Shown here: piece by piece, positions 19,458 to 29,041 of the stretch
How positions within the stretch are numbered: the stretch's first letter is position 1
How the letters are laid out: every line of letters starts with the position of its first letter
Source: a virus
Lineage: Duplodnaviria; Heunggongvirae; Uroviricota; Caudoviricetes
DNA: 64,000 bases
Strand: one strand, 5' to 3'
IMG/VR virus record: IMGVR_UViG_2541047860_000002
Made by a program: the position numbers and the translations under genes
The notes under the pieces: model-generated
Databases searched by the model: none
What the model was told of the DNA's origin: nothing
Seen by the model: only the letters and a program-made list of their open reading frames with translations

Positions 19458-20135
19458 TCACTCCACTACAAACCAGTCACATGCCAGTAAGTCGCCTACA
19501 GAAGGAACCCACGGAACAACTACACCTTGTGCATTTTTTAAGGCGAAATAAGCACCATACGGAACGAGGTCGCCGGGGAAATATCCCTTAATGGCTTCCA
19601 TTCGTGCCGGGTACTGTCCTTCAGGAACCAGCCAGCAGAATTGGTTTTCGCCGTTCCACCCGCGTCGAGCAACTTTCTTGCCATCCTTCAGCCACATCAG
19701 CGCGTCAGAAAAGTCGGCTGCTTCAAGGTCGATTTCTTCTTGCTGGGTGGTGATGCCACCAGCAGAAATAGTTACGCTCCCGGTAAGATTAATCATCACG
19801 CCGTTGTCATCCGTAATGATGACCGTGGTTCCATTTTTGGAGGCGTCGTTAACCAGGCCATAGCGTTCCTCAAATGGTTTCTCCGGGGCATAGAACAGAT
19901 AACCGTTTTCATAAACGATCAGATACCCGCCAGTTTTTGGTCGGTGTTTTTGTAAAAACATTGCGTCAACACAAACTGTTGCCCCTTTTGGTTCAACGAG
20001 TTCGATGCAGCCCCAAAGTGGGGCATCAGTTACTCCGAAAATAACAACATTTTTGATTTTCGATGCACTAACGTTTTTGTGAGCTTTGTATTTGGGAAGG
20101 AACTTAAAAAGCTCTTTCGTTGCCATGTTATTCAT
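19458..20135 (-). CDS. Protein with C-terminal DUF2829-like (Tad2-like) domain
   Basis: C-terminus ...ALMWLKDGKKVARRGWNGENQF...PWVPSVGDLLACDWFVVE. Confidence 0.5.
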   Translation of the reverse strand: MNNMATKELFKFLPKYKAHKNVSASKIKNVVIFGVTDAPLWGCIELVEPKGATVCVDAMFLQKHRPKTGGYLIVYENGYLFYAPEKPFEERYGLVNDASKNGTTVIITDDNGVMINLTGSVTISAGGITTQQEEIDLEAADFSDALMWLKDGKKVARRGWNGENQFCWLVPEGQYPARMEAIKGYFPGDLVPYGAYFALKNAQGVVVPWVPSVGDLLACDWFVVE

Positions 20136-20149
20136 AGTCTTTTCTCTGC

Positions 20150-20644
20150 TTATAACTTTTCGTACTGAAGCGGTGAACGCTTAATTTCAAAGTGGCCTTC
20201 CGATGTGCTACCAAAGCCACCAGCACCACGTTCCGTTTCGTTGAGTTCCTCAACCTCGACTAGTGAGACTTGTTCAACTCGTTCAAAAATTCCTTGCATG
20301 ACAGCCATTCCAGGCTTGAGACAAACGCCTTCCCCGCCGGGATCAGTAATCAGTTTTGCCATGATTTCGCCGCGATAATCGGAGTCGATAATTCCTACGC
20401 AGTTAGCCAGGCGAGTATGTTTTTTGCAGCCCAATCCGGATCGCGGATAGAGTTTCAGACACCAGCCGGGCGGGATCTCCATAGCCAGTCCGGTATACAC
20501 CCACCAGCTTGAGGAAATTGCACCATTGCTATCGACGCATGGTTTTATTTCAACAGCCTCAAAATCCATCGCCGCCGATCCGGAGGTGGCATAAGCTGGA
20601 AGTTTTGCTGCCGGATGTAGGCGTTTCACTTTTACGTAAATCAT
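20150..20644 (-). CDS. dut: dUTP diphosphatase (dUTPase)
   Basis: Motifs PRSGLG, GIIDSDYRGEI, RGAGGFGSTS. Confidence 0.8.
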   Translation of the reverse strand: MIYVKVKRLHPAAKLPAYATSGSAAMDFEAVEIKPCVDSNGAISSSWWVYTGLAMEIPPGWCLKLYPRSGLGCKKHTRLANCVGIIDSDYRGEIMAKLITDPGGEGVCLKPGMAVMQGIFERVEQVSLVEVEELNETERGAGGFGSTSEGHFEIKRSPLQYEKL

Positions 20645-21117
20645 TGTTTTTTAGCTCTCTGCGTGAAGGTGTAAACCCGACGTTTGATATGTGGAACGGT
20701 AGGAACAGGAAGACAGGAACTTTCAATAACTCCTTGCTCCTCCAGCGATCGCACCGCCCGCAAGAACTGCGACGTGTCGCCGCCAAACTGGCGGGCATAG
20801 GTGCTGCCGTTATGAAGTATTTGAGCTATTACCCGAGCTTTTGTCTGGCTGTCACGATATGCGAATAGCCGCACGGCCTCTTCTGGCGCAATCGCTAACT
20901 GATAGCCTTTCCCGGCACGGTGTCGAATGAATCCATGCGCCAGTAGGTTTTTGAGTTCGTTACGAGTGCGAACAGATCCGTAATCCAGGAAGTGTGGATT
21001 GATAACGACTGGCTTAAACCATTCCGTAGGTGCTTTAGCTAATAGAGCTAACAGCTTCCCGGATAATTCTGGATAGGAAGACGGGTAACAATTCAGAGAT
21101 GTGTAATAAGTTTTCAC
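20641..21117 (-). CDS. Hypothetical protein
   Basis: 158-aa ORF, overlapping stop/start with dut. Confidence 0.4.
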   Translation of the reverse strand: MKTYYTSLNCYPSSYPELSGKLLALLAKAPTEWFKPVVINPHFLDYGSVRTRNELKNLLAHGFIRHRAGKGYQLAIAPEEAVRLFAYRDSQTKARVIAQILHNGSTYARQFGGDTSQFLRAVRSLEEQGVIESSCLPVPTVPHIKRRVYTFTQRAKKQ

Positions 21118-21458
21118 CGACGCCCCCTTGCAGGATAGCGACCTGCATTAGTATCCGGTGCAATAAAGCCGGTAGTGGGGCGAGTGAAAGCGAGATTAAT
21201 CTTCTCGACCATAGTGCGATAATTTTCCTGATAGTGGGCCAGGAGTTTTTCGGCGGCAATGATGGTTACTTTCCGGACGTAGCTTTCTGCTTCCTCCAGA
21301 TTTCGCCAGTTTTTTTCGAGGGTAAACACAGGGACGGCCTCAAGCCCGGTCATGATGCCGAACACAACGACAGCATGACTGTTCTTAACACCAGCGGCGA
21401 AGGTTACGGTGTAACCATCCACCTTAAAGCGTCTTGATTCCGTGATTTGACTCTGCAA
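21114..21458 (-). CDS. Hypothetical protein downstream of cre
   Basis: 114-aa ORF. Confidence 0.4.
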   Translation of the reverse strand: MQSQITESRRFKVDGYTVTFAAGVKNSHAVVVFGIMTGLEAVPVFTLEKNWRNLEEAESYVRKVTIIAAEKLLAHYQENYRTMVEKINLAFTRPTTGFIAPDTNAGRYPARGRR

Positions 21459-21515
21459 AGCACCCTCCGAAATAGGCGAGGGTACTTTACAGCAAAGATA
21501 ACAATCTAAAAAGAT

Positions 21516-21536
21516 GTGTTAGAAATTTAATTTATG
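21516..21536 (+). promoter_or_regulatory. Operator-like motif TGTGTTAGAAATTTAATTTAT (copy d)
   Basis: Overlaps cre stop; precedes downstream minus-strand genes. Confidence 0.4.
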
Positions 21537-22560
21537 AATCCATCAGGCGGCTATTAGCCCCCACAGACACGCCGCCACGGCGCAGATACCGCATAAGTGT
21601 TTCCGGTTTCTTCCAGGTTCCTTCCTGCATGATCTCCACCATAGACACCTGCTTTTCTGCCATATCGATAGCAGCCCCGACACGAGCACTATGCCCGGTC
21701 CACGTCCGGTATCTCCCCTTGTTTGGAGTGGCATCTCTTTTATTCAGCAACACCCAGGCGTCACTAAATATTTTCTCCATTGCAGGTGCAGTAAGGGGCG
21801 TTGTCGTAATCCTGGCCTTATTGCTACGGTGTATCGGCGGGAACAGCACCGCGTCAGGATGTTCACGAAGCCCGGAAACATCCAGCCAGTCATTCAGCAC
21901 AGCAGTAGTGCGACGGGAAAGCACCTTATCAAGCCCGGCGGCGGTCGTTATTGTCTTCGTGTGTGAAATATGTAGCGTGACAGTGTCACCTGTTTGGTCC
22001 AGATCTCCTACACGAATACGCGAGATTTCAGACATGCGCATCAGCGTATTGTATGCAACAAAGAGAAAAGCCCGGTTGCGCAGGTCCACCAGCCGTTCTG
22101 ACCTGGACAACAGGACGTCGAGCAGTTTCAGATCGTCCCACCGCAGCGGTATAGCCTGGCCTGTTCGTTCGCCTTTTTCCGTTGCCGCTTCACGCCGGAT
22201 GCGCCGCATAGCCAGAGAAACACTTTTATCATCCGAAAGTGGCGGAAGGCCACAATGCGAAAGCAGCATGTTCAGCATGGCGTAGTGCTTATCAATGGTG
22301 GTCGAAGCCAGATCAGCATCATGCAGCTGAAGAAAATACTCGCGGGCCATCTCTGGAGAGATCGGGAACCAGGCGAGCTGGCGAGCGTGACACCATCTCG
22401 CCCAGGAGTGAAACACTAACCGGAGATCGCGCAAAGTATTAGGCGCGTAAGCCCCCTGGTCATTCATGAACCGCATAAAGTTTTCTGCGGCCTCCTGGTA
22501 CTCTTTGCCAATGTTGCGCAGAAAACCACTGGAGCTGCCAGAGATAATTAATTCACTCAT
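21532..22560 (-). CDS. cre: Cre-like tyrosine recombinase (diverged from P1 Cre)
   Basis: Colinear similarity to P1 Cre incl. WFP...P..V..Y, VSLVMRRIR-like, NTL.R..EI.RIRV.D, SGHSARVGAA.DMA, E.MQ.G.W motifs. Confidence 0.9.
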   Translation of the reverse strand: MSELIISGSSSGFLRNIGKEYQEAAENFMRFMNDQGAYAPNTLRDLRLVFHSWARWCHARQLAWFPISPEMAREYFLQLHDADLASTTIDKHYAMLNMLLSHCGLPPLSDDKSVSLAMRRIRREAATEKGERTGQAIPLRWDDLKLLDVLLSRSERLVDLRNRAFLFVAYNTLMRMSEISRIRVGDLDQTGDTVTLHISHTKTITTAAGLDKVLSRRTTAVLNDWLDVSGLREHPDAVLFPPIHRSNKARITTTPLTAPAMEKIFSDAWVLLNKRDATPNKGRYRTWTGHSARVGAAIDMAEKQVSMVEIMQEGTWKKPETLMRYLRRGGVSVGANSRLMDS

Positions 22561-22711
22561 GAAACTATTTAACCTCTATATACAGATGACGCTACGCGAA
22601 AAATATAAAAATGACAGGGTAGCTATAAGTTAATTTTCAAGATTCAAACCTTTGATTCGAGGCACGTATTTTCAGTGATGTCAACACTGATCATCCACCC
22701 ATGATTATAGC

Positions 22712-22745
22712 TTAACTTTAAATAATGCCAATTATTTAAAGTTAT
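22712..22745. other. lox-like recombination site TTAACTTTAAATA-ATGCCAAT-TATTTAAAGTTAT
   Basis: 13-bp arms (12/13 inverted match) around an 8-bp asymmetric spacer, ~150 bp upstream of cre; outer ATAACTT-like arms as in loxP. Confidence 0.7.
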
Positions 22746-22927
22746 AAAGTGCCAATTTTTTTTAATCCATCATAGATTGATGATGACCAGTAACACGTTG
22801 CCTTCATGGTCTTTAATTTGCGAAGTGTGGTTTCTACGGTTGGTTTTCTAAAATTGATGACAAAAAATCACAGTTCGATCCTTTACTCACTCTGTTATTC
22901 GACATAAATTTGTCATAGTAATTTTAT

Positions 22928-22945
22928 GTTAGAAAACTAAATCGA
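22928..22945 (+). promoter_or_regulatory. Operator-like motif TGTTAGAAAACTAAATCG (copy e); degenerate inverted copy at 22843-22863
   Basis: 10 bp upstream of ORF 22955. Confidence 0.45.
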
Positions 22946-22954
22946 GTAGGAATA

Positions 22955-23992
22955 ATGAGTAAGAAGTCGATCGAGAAAGAGTACAAACGGTTCCTGCAAA
23001 CCGCTGAACGGTGGAAAGAGCTGGTGGTCGCAAACTCTGTTTTCCATGATACCAGTTATGCTGGCGAGGAATTCCGCCATGTTGCATTAACGCATGACCA
23101 AAACATATTAGAAGAAGCTGAAAAATGTCTTGCTGAATGGAAAGCCTTCGTTGACATGTGCCGCGATTCCGACGGCAAAGCGTCGAACATTGTTGAGTCT
23201 GTATATTCTCCGATCCCATTCATCATTGAGGACACCAATCAAAGCACGCATGTTGTTGTGCAAAGCGCTACAACAACACGTACATTTACACGTGAACAAT
23301 TGCTCAAAAAATACGACAAAATCATAAAGAAAAGCCTGAAAAATAGGGTTTTTTCTCAAATCGTAGGCGCTCTTGAAGAAGAACAGCGCTTCTTTGAAGC
23401 TGAGCCTGAAGGCGAGATCTACCGGGCGCGTAAAGAGGCATATACAGATGTTGTGCTGACAACAAATATCGAAGGCAGCAATGCCCTTTCTCGCTTTAGA
23501 GTTGGCGCACATGGCGCATTGGTTTTCGCAAGACTACCGAAGACAACGATCCCCGTTGTCAATAATGTTGGTGAACGCCGGAGCATTACAATTTATTCTG
23601 GCGTCGAATCGGTACCTTGCAGCCTTCTCGGCGATTTTAACTTATATCGTGTTCGTGACCTGGAAAAACACCAGCCAAGCTACGTTGCGAAGTCGTACAT
23701 CTTAAGGAACATCGATATTCGCAATGAAAGCCTTAAGCAGAAATCCGCTAAGATGCTGGAGGATGCCGATCCGGCTATTCGCCATATCATTGAGCGTAAG
23801 ATACGTACATCACGTGAAGCAATGGCAAGGCTGGATAAAATGGATCTGGAATTGTTAGACGTAATGATGGCCTCTGGAGACGACCTGACCGGCATTAAAC
23901 TGAATGAAGCTCGTAAAAAATACGGCAAAGCAATCGAAGAACGTTACGGATACACATTCCCCCAAACGCAGTACGCCGCGAAGCTCTGGTAA
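22955..23992 (+). CDS. Hypothetical protein between lox and pacB (c1/coi region equivalent)
   Basis: 345-aa ORF preceded by operator copy e; function not recognisable from sequence. Confidence 0.45.
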   Translation: MSKKSIEKEYKRFLQTAERWKELVVANSVFHDTSYAGEEFRHVALTHDQNILEEAEKCLAEWKAFVDMCRDSDGKASNIVESVYSPIPFIIEDTNQSTHVVVQSATTTRTFTREQLLKKYDKIIKKSLKNRVFSQIVGALEEEQRFFEAEPEGEIYRARKEAYTDVVLTTNIEGSNALSRFRVGAHGALVFARLPKTTIPVVNNVGERRSITIYSGVESVPCSLLGDFNLYRVRDLEKHQPSYVAKSYILRNIDIRNESLKQKSAKMLEDADPAIRHIIERKIRTSREAMARLDKMDLELLDVMMASGDDLTGIKLNEARKKYGKAIEERYGYTFPQTQYAAKLW

Positions 23993-24019
23993 TCACAACC
24001 GGCCCCGCATCGCGGGGCT

Positions 24020-25528
24020 TTATATATCCAGATCAGGCATTTCGATATCCGCCAGAACCTGATCTCGGAAAGTTGCCATTTCGGCACCAATATCTTCATT
24101 AGCAGGCACATAGTCCACCAGCATAGTGAAGCAGTAGGTATCCCATCGGTCAGGCGATTTGATGTTTAGCTTTTGCCGCATGTGCTCTTTGCGCATCATC
24201 GCCATTTTCCCTTCTTCATTCAGTAAAAAGGGGATTTTTGACGCTTGCTCTGCCGTTTTAGGGTCACTGTCTATCCGCATACGCCCTGACTTTATGGCAT
24301 CACGCGCCATAATATTTGCGTAGGCACGCTGATTAACAAATCGCTCCCTGTCTTTGTTCGCAAACATGGGTTTTCCCCACCGAATACGTACCGGGTTCGC
24401 ACCACGACGCACCAACTGCGCACACGTATCAGAACCAAAACCATCAGCATCAACCGCGATTGTTATATTCGGGTATTTTTCCGGCGTACATTCGTTATAT
24501 ATGAAGTCAGCAAAGGCCAATGGGTCCATAGTGCCAGGCATCTCCATTACCTTAAAGTTAACAACGCGACGCTTATCCCTGTGACCAGATACCTTGCAGA
24601 TGTTGAGGACCGACTTATCTCGCCCATTACCAACGTCAGCCGTTGCCACCCATCCCCAGTTTTTCTCCAACAACACCTTGCGGCGAGCAGCGCGATCGCA
24701 TTCATCACGACCAAGCAAATAGCCGTTAATTTCTCGTGGGAACTGACCAAGCACCTTGACCATGTACTCAATAGAATCGCGCCCGCCATATTCCAGAAGC
24801 TTCTGCTTGATGAATTGTGGTGTGACGAACGGTGATTCTTCCGAGTTAAGAACAATTGCTGTCCAGATCCCTTTCGGGTTGTCTGGGGTTTTTGCTTGAG
24901 AATGGTGCGAATCGTAGAAATAACCACTTGGCCTTGTTGGCTGGGATAGCATCAACATCCGGTTATCTTCTTCAGTAAGAGCACCGGTCATTACGCCGAT
25001 CGCCTTATCAGATATACCAGATGCTTCGTCCAGAATTAGAAGCAAATGTGCCGCGTGTTCCCCCGCCAGCGCTTCTTCGTTGCCGAGTCGATAACCTTTG
25101 CAGAGAACTTCCCAAATCCCCTTACGGGAGCGCTCATAAAACATGGTGTCAGAGAGGACAAAATAGGTCTGCAACCACCCATGACGCTTAACTGCATTCG
25201 CCCAATACTGTTTAACGTATTTGAATACGCCTGTTTTTACCTGGCCTATCTTGTTAGCAACAATGATGACACGGGCATCGGGGAACAGGATCATAAAAAT
25301 CAACAGCAACATCGCGGTAAGGGACGACTTCCCCGTTCCGTGTCCGGACGTGACGGTCGTCCTACTCCCCGTTTCCTGCACTGACTGAATGATCTGCTGC
25401 TGCTGGTGGGAGGGGAACATCCCAAAAATATCGACAACAGCCTGGGTAAAGTTGTAGCGGTATTTGATTACCATATCGCGCCAGCGTGGATCGCTGGTGA
25501 CGCATTTAATCTTGCGCCCGCCAGCCAT
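24020..25528 (-). CDS. pacB: Terminase large subunit (PacB-like)
   Basis: Walker A SGHGTGKSS, Walker B LLILDEASG; size and position after pacA. Confidence 0.8.
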   Translation of the reverse strand: MAGGRKIKCVTSDPRWRDMVIKYRYNFTQAVVDIFGMFPSHQQQQIIQSVQETGSRTTVTSGHGTGKSSLTAMLLLIFMILFPDARVIIVANKIGQVKTGVFKYVKQYWANAVKRHGWLQTYFVLSDTMFYERSRKGIWEVLCKGYRLGNEEALAGEHAAHLLLILDEASGISDKAIGVMTGALTEEDNRMLMLSQPTRPSGYFYDSHHSQAKTPDNPKGIWTAIVLNSEESPFVTPQFIKQKLLEYGGRDSIEYMVKVLGQFPREINGYLLGRDECDRAARRKVLLEKNWGWVATADVGNGRDKSVLNICKVSGHRDKRRVVNFKVMEMPGTMDPLAFADFIYNECTPEKYPNITIAVDADGFGSDTCAQLVRRGANPVRIRWGKPMFANKDRERFVNQRAYANIMARDAIKSGRMRIDSDPKTAEQASKIPFLLNEEGKMAMMRKEHMRQKLNIKSPDRWDTYCFTMLVDYVPANEDIGAEMATFRDQVLADIEMPDLDI

Positions 25529-26892
25529 TAATCATCCTCCGGCGGTTCTATCGCGATATCATCATCTCCGGCGTCATACCCTGCATCAGATGCATCATAA
25601 TCACCGTAAATTTCAGCCGTTGCCGAAGGGTCAATATCCAGCTCTTCGTCGTTGGCCTCGAATTCTCCAGCTTTACGCTCGCCATTGCGGTCGTAATCTC
25701 CGCACCCCAATTCTTCAACAATGGTTGCCACATCCGCCCGGCGCTCTGCCAGCCATTGCGGATGGTTAGCCTGAAGCGTTGCAAACTCCCTTGCCTCTTT
25801 GTCCAGCTGTTCATCATCAACATCATTGACGTCAGAAACAGGTGGTTCGAGAAGAGTGATAGCTTTCGCCGCGCGCGCCGCGAGGATAGCCGGGACGCTG
25901 ACCCCCTGGCGCTCGATGTATTCAGCAACACCGATATCATCCAGTTCCTCGCGCTCACGCATACGTATAGCGGCGGCGATAACTCTGGCAGCGCGTGCGT
26001 CAGCGCCAATGCGATATTCAATCTCTTTGCCACGCTGTTCGGCCTGTAGGCGTGCTAATTCGAGTTTTTCTCTGGCCTCAGCCTCTTTGAATGCTTGCTG
26101 GCGAGCGCTCTGACGAAGCTTTTCATCCCCCTGTCGCAGCTTTTGTTCGGACTGATATATAGCTGCCAACCTACTGATAAAATCATTCATGTAGTAGGCC
26201 GCGTCACTGATTAGACCGAGAAGGCGCTGCCCAGGGTGCATTCCTTCTGGCTCTTTATCGCCCAAGGCGTCTATTTCCGCCTGTAGACGTTCGGCCTCCT
26301 GATCAACAATGCTTTGATACTGAAGTGCGCGCTCTTGCGCCATTTGAATTGCTAACCGCAGGTGTTCTTCTGCGCCGTTCTTCATCATGTCGCGAGCCAC
26401 ATTCGTAGTGGGCAATGTGGCACGTTGCACAGCACCGCCAGGGATCATTGCTGAAGATCCCTCAATTTTTGGGGCGCTTTTATCTTCTTCGGGGATCATT
26501 TTCGCCATTTTTTCGCGCAATGATCTCCTGACAGATTCTTTTATCTCATTGTTATTATTTGCATTATTTTCATGATCCGAAGTTTTCTTTCTCGGCATAC
26601 TTCGGAAAGAACCTGCGCCCTGCGAATTGTCAATTTCTGTAAATTTTGTTTTTTCTGCACCCTCTTCCAGCTTTTTTGTTGCTCTTCCCGCCCGTTTTTT
26701 TTCAGGTGATTTGGTGCTTTTTTTTGTTGTCTTTACCTGCGACCGCACCTCATTTTTTTTCATATTGAGATGCTTTCTGGCTGTATTGAAGCTAAGGCCA
26801 TGCTCCTCACAGTATTCCTTTACAGTGATCCCTTTTTCTTCACGCAACGCTATAAAGCGGGCGCGGTGCTCCTCCCAATTAACCAGACTCAT
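25528..26892 (-). CDS. pacA: Terminase small/pac-recognition subunit (PacA-like)
   Basis: N-terminal HTH; cluster of 5 GATC sites inside the 5' third; directly upstream of pacB. Confidence 0.7.
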   Translation of the reverse strand: MSLVNWEEHRARFIALREEKGITVKEYCEEHGLSFNTARKHLNMKKNEVRSQVKTTKKSTKSPEKKRAGRATKKLEEGAEKTKFTEIDNSQGAGSFRSMPRKKTSDHENNANNNNEIKESVRRSLREKMAKMIPEEDKSAPKIEGSSAMIPGGAVQRATLPTTNVARDMMKNGAEEHLRLAIQMAQERALQYQSIVDQEAERLQAEIDALGDKEPEGMHPGQRLLGLISDAAYYMNDFISRLAAIYQSEQKLRQGDEKLRQSARQQAFKEAEAREKLELARLQAEQRGKEIEYRIGADARAARVIAAAIRMREREELDDIGVAEYIERQGVSVPAILAARAAKAITLLEPPVSDVNDVDDEQLDKEAREFATLQANHPQWLAERRADVATIVEELGCGDYDRNGERKAGEFEANDEELDIDPSATAEIYGDYDASDAGYDAGDDDIAIEPPEDD

Positions 26893-27281
26893 AAAGCAAC
26901 ACCACGCTTTTTAACGGCGGCATTCCACAGCTTATTCGCCATGTCCACCAGCTCTCGTTGCTCTTTTCGCGCCTGTTCGACTGATTTCCTGCTACAGTTT
27001 TTAACCAGTAAGCTACCGTATTCAGGCGTGCGCCCGCGCACCTTGAACTGATATCCGTTCAGACCATGTAGCCAGTATTTTCGTGGATACACACGATCAT
27101 CCAGCTCACAGATTGCCCTGCTTGAACGAACAAAATGACGAATGATGTTAGTTACACTTACTCGTGAAACATGGAGATGAGGGTATTTTTCTTTGGCGAG
27201 AGTGGTAATTTCAGTGACTGTCAGATAGCAGTCAGCCCTGATCATGATATCCGCAATTTCTGCGCTGCTGATTTGTTCCAT
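26889..27281 (-). CDS. Small protein in Lpa (late promoter activator) position
   Basis: 130-aa ORF overlapping pacA start; operator-like motif upstream. Confidence 0.35.
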   Translation of the reverse strand: MEQISSAEIADIMIRADCYLTVTEITTLAKEKYPHLHVSRVSVTNIIRHFVRSSRAICELDDRVYPRKYWLHGLNGYQFKVRGRTPEYGSLLVKNCSRKSVEQARKEQRELVDMANKLWNAAVKKRGVAL

Positions 27282-27357
27282 TAATCCCCCGGGCAGGAAA
27301 TGACCGAGGGGATGATAATGAGAATGTTAAAACTGTATAGACTGGTAAAAAGATGAT

Positions 27358-27382
27358 TATATTAGAAAATTAATATTAAATA
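27358..27382 (+). promoter_or_regulatory. Operator-like motif ATTAGAAAATTAATATTAAATA (copy k, degenerate)
   Basis: Upstream of the lpa-like/pacAB transcription unit. Confidence 0.35.
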
Positions 27383-27389
27383 CCTAACG

Positions 27390-27782
27390 CTACCAGCGAG
27401 ACAAACGAACAACATGTTTCACTTTTGCGATCCACTTTCCGCGATAACTATTGATTACGGCCTGTGCCAGCTTCAAATTGGCTTCAAAATCAGCCTTACT
27501 ACCATCAGACTCCACCAGCATTCCTCCATCTATTTCTGGTAAACATAGATAATCCTGCTCAACCTGCAGCGGCATTGATGGCTCTCTGAATGGCGTTACT
27601 TGCTCTGCTTTCCAGCGAAATCTAACCCTCATCCCCCTGGTGGTCATTACTAGATAGCCTGTTATAGTGCTTTTATGGCCCACATCAGTACGCGTGGCAT
27701 TGCATGACACGATCTTACAGTTAGCGATAGACCACTCCATATTGGTGGCCTGTTGAGTGCTTAATTTGGTAGTCCCGTACAT
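27390..27782 (-). CDS. Hypothetical protein
   Basis: 130-aa ORF. Confidence 0.4.
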   Translation of the reverse strand: MYGTTKLSTQQATNMEWSIANCKIVSCNATRTDVGHKSTITGYLVMTTRGMRVRFRWKAEQVTPFREPSMPLQVEQDYLCLPEIDGGMLVESDGSKADFEANLKLAQAVINSYRGKWIAKVKHVVRLSRW

Positions 27783-28357
27783 CAGAAAGCCTCCCAGTCA
27801 GTCGCGATAATATCCACACCAGTTGCAAACCAGTCTGTCTGCGCCTGTAAATCCCCATTCATCATTACCAGGCGAGGCATCACCATCACATCGCACCCTT
27901 CCACAATATCGAATGCCTCTTCCGGCAAGAATTCGAAGAGCTTTTCTTTGCTGCCAATGCTGCCACGGAACATCGATATATAGCTCCCTTTAGGCCATGA
28001 TGTCCGCCGGGCATCAAGCCCTTTCATCATCCAGTAAAAAGCCGAGGAAAAAGGGATATTCTTTTTGCCAATGATTACATTATTCGCTTCTGTGTACTTC
28101 AGGAACTTAACTAACCTTACCATTGACTCGGATAACGCAACGTATGGCTCATGATTGATTGCTGACACGCTTACACCGTGCAATCCAACGCTTACCACTG
28201 TCATATCGCCGCTCTGTGCGGTTTCGATATTGACGCCTTTGCGAACTAATGAGGCGTAAAGTTCCTCTCGCTTTTGGGTCCAGCGTTCCCGCTTCCCTAT
28301 GAAGTCACTCAAAATGAGATCTTCTTCTGCATATGCGTTATCGTTCGCCATTAACAT
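27782..28357 (-). CDS. Protein with C-terminal DUF2829-like module
   Basis: ...YWMMKGLDARRTSWPKGSYISMF...DWFATGVDIIATDWEAF. Confidence 0.45.
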   Translation of the reverse strand: MLMANDNAYAEEDLILSDFIGKRERWTQKREELYASLVRKGVNIETAQSGDMTVVSVGLHGVSVSAINHEPYVALSESMVRLVKFLKYTEANNVIIGKKNIPFSSAFYWMMKGLDARRTSWPKGSYISMFRGSIGSKEKLFEFLPEEAFDIVEGCDVMVMPRLVMMNGDLQAQTDWFATGVDIIATDWEAF

Positions 28358-28811
28358 AACGTCTCCTTTTTTACACGCGCGACTATCCCCCGGAAGTGCC
28401 GGTAGTGATGTCGTAAATTCGTATTAATTAAGGGGTACAGCCTGAGCGGCTATATGATGAATTGAAAGGAGTTGTGGCGGTGGTGCCTCCACCTGCCAGG
28501 TTAGCCACTCCTGGCGACGTCACTTATCAGAACGTAGTGAATAAAAATGGCTTCGTCACGAGCGCATAGCCGCAATTACCACAACGGAAACGGCGCTCAC
28601 GCTAATTAAACGCCTTTTCCTGTTGTGCGCCGTGCTCTTCCGGCTGTCACACCGAATCGCCAGGATGGTGAGTCCTCGGTCCGCCACTGTTATCGGGGCT
28701 TGCACATTCCGGCTACCTGGTCCGTTTGCCTGAGCAAGAGTCAAAGATACCCCTTTAACGTCACCAGACCGCTAACGACGCATGTGCCAGACGCCGTGTT
28801 ACAACCAAATA

Positions 28812-28887
28812 TGGTGGCCCCTACCGGACTTGAACCGGTGACCGTGCGATTATGAGTCGCCAGCTCTAACCACTGAGCTAAAGGGCC
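28812..28887 (-). tRNA. tRNA with CAU anticodon (Ile2/Met-type, close to E. coli ileX)
   Basis: GGCCCTTTAGCTCAGTGGTTAGAGC...CTCATAA...GGTTCAAGTCC...CCA cloverleaf folded by eye. Confidence 0.8.
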
Positions 28888-28896
28888 AGATTACTG

Positions 28897-29028
28897 TTAA
28901 TTCCGCTTACGCTTTTTGCCAGGACCGCGTAAGGCTTTTGCTGCTTGCTCGACCCCATATGCAACCACCAGCAGAAATAAAAATGTCCACCAAGGGTTCT
29001 TGTCGGCAAACGTCCAAAATTCCATCAT
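28897..29028 (-). CDS. Small hydrophobic peptide (43 aa) between tRNA and plp
   Basis: MMEFWTFADKNPWWTFLFLLVVAYG... then basic tail. Confidence 0.2.
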   Translation of the reverse strand: MMEFWTFADKNPWWTFLFLLVVAYGVEQAAKALRGPGKKRKRN

Positions 29029-29041
29029 GTTATCTATTTGG

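Noticed and set aside
21629-22285. 218-aa plus-strand ORF inside cre
   Set aside because: Antisense shadow of the Cre-like ORF, which has clear recombinase motifs.
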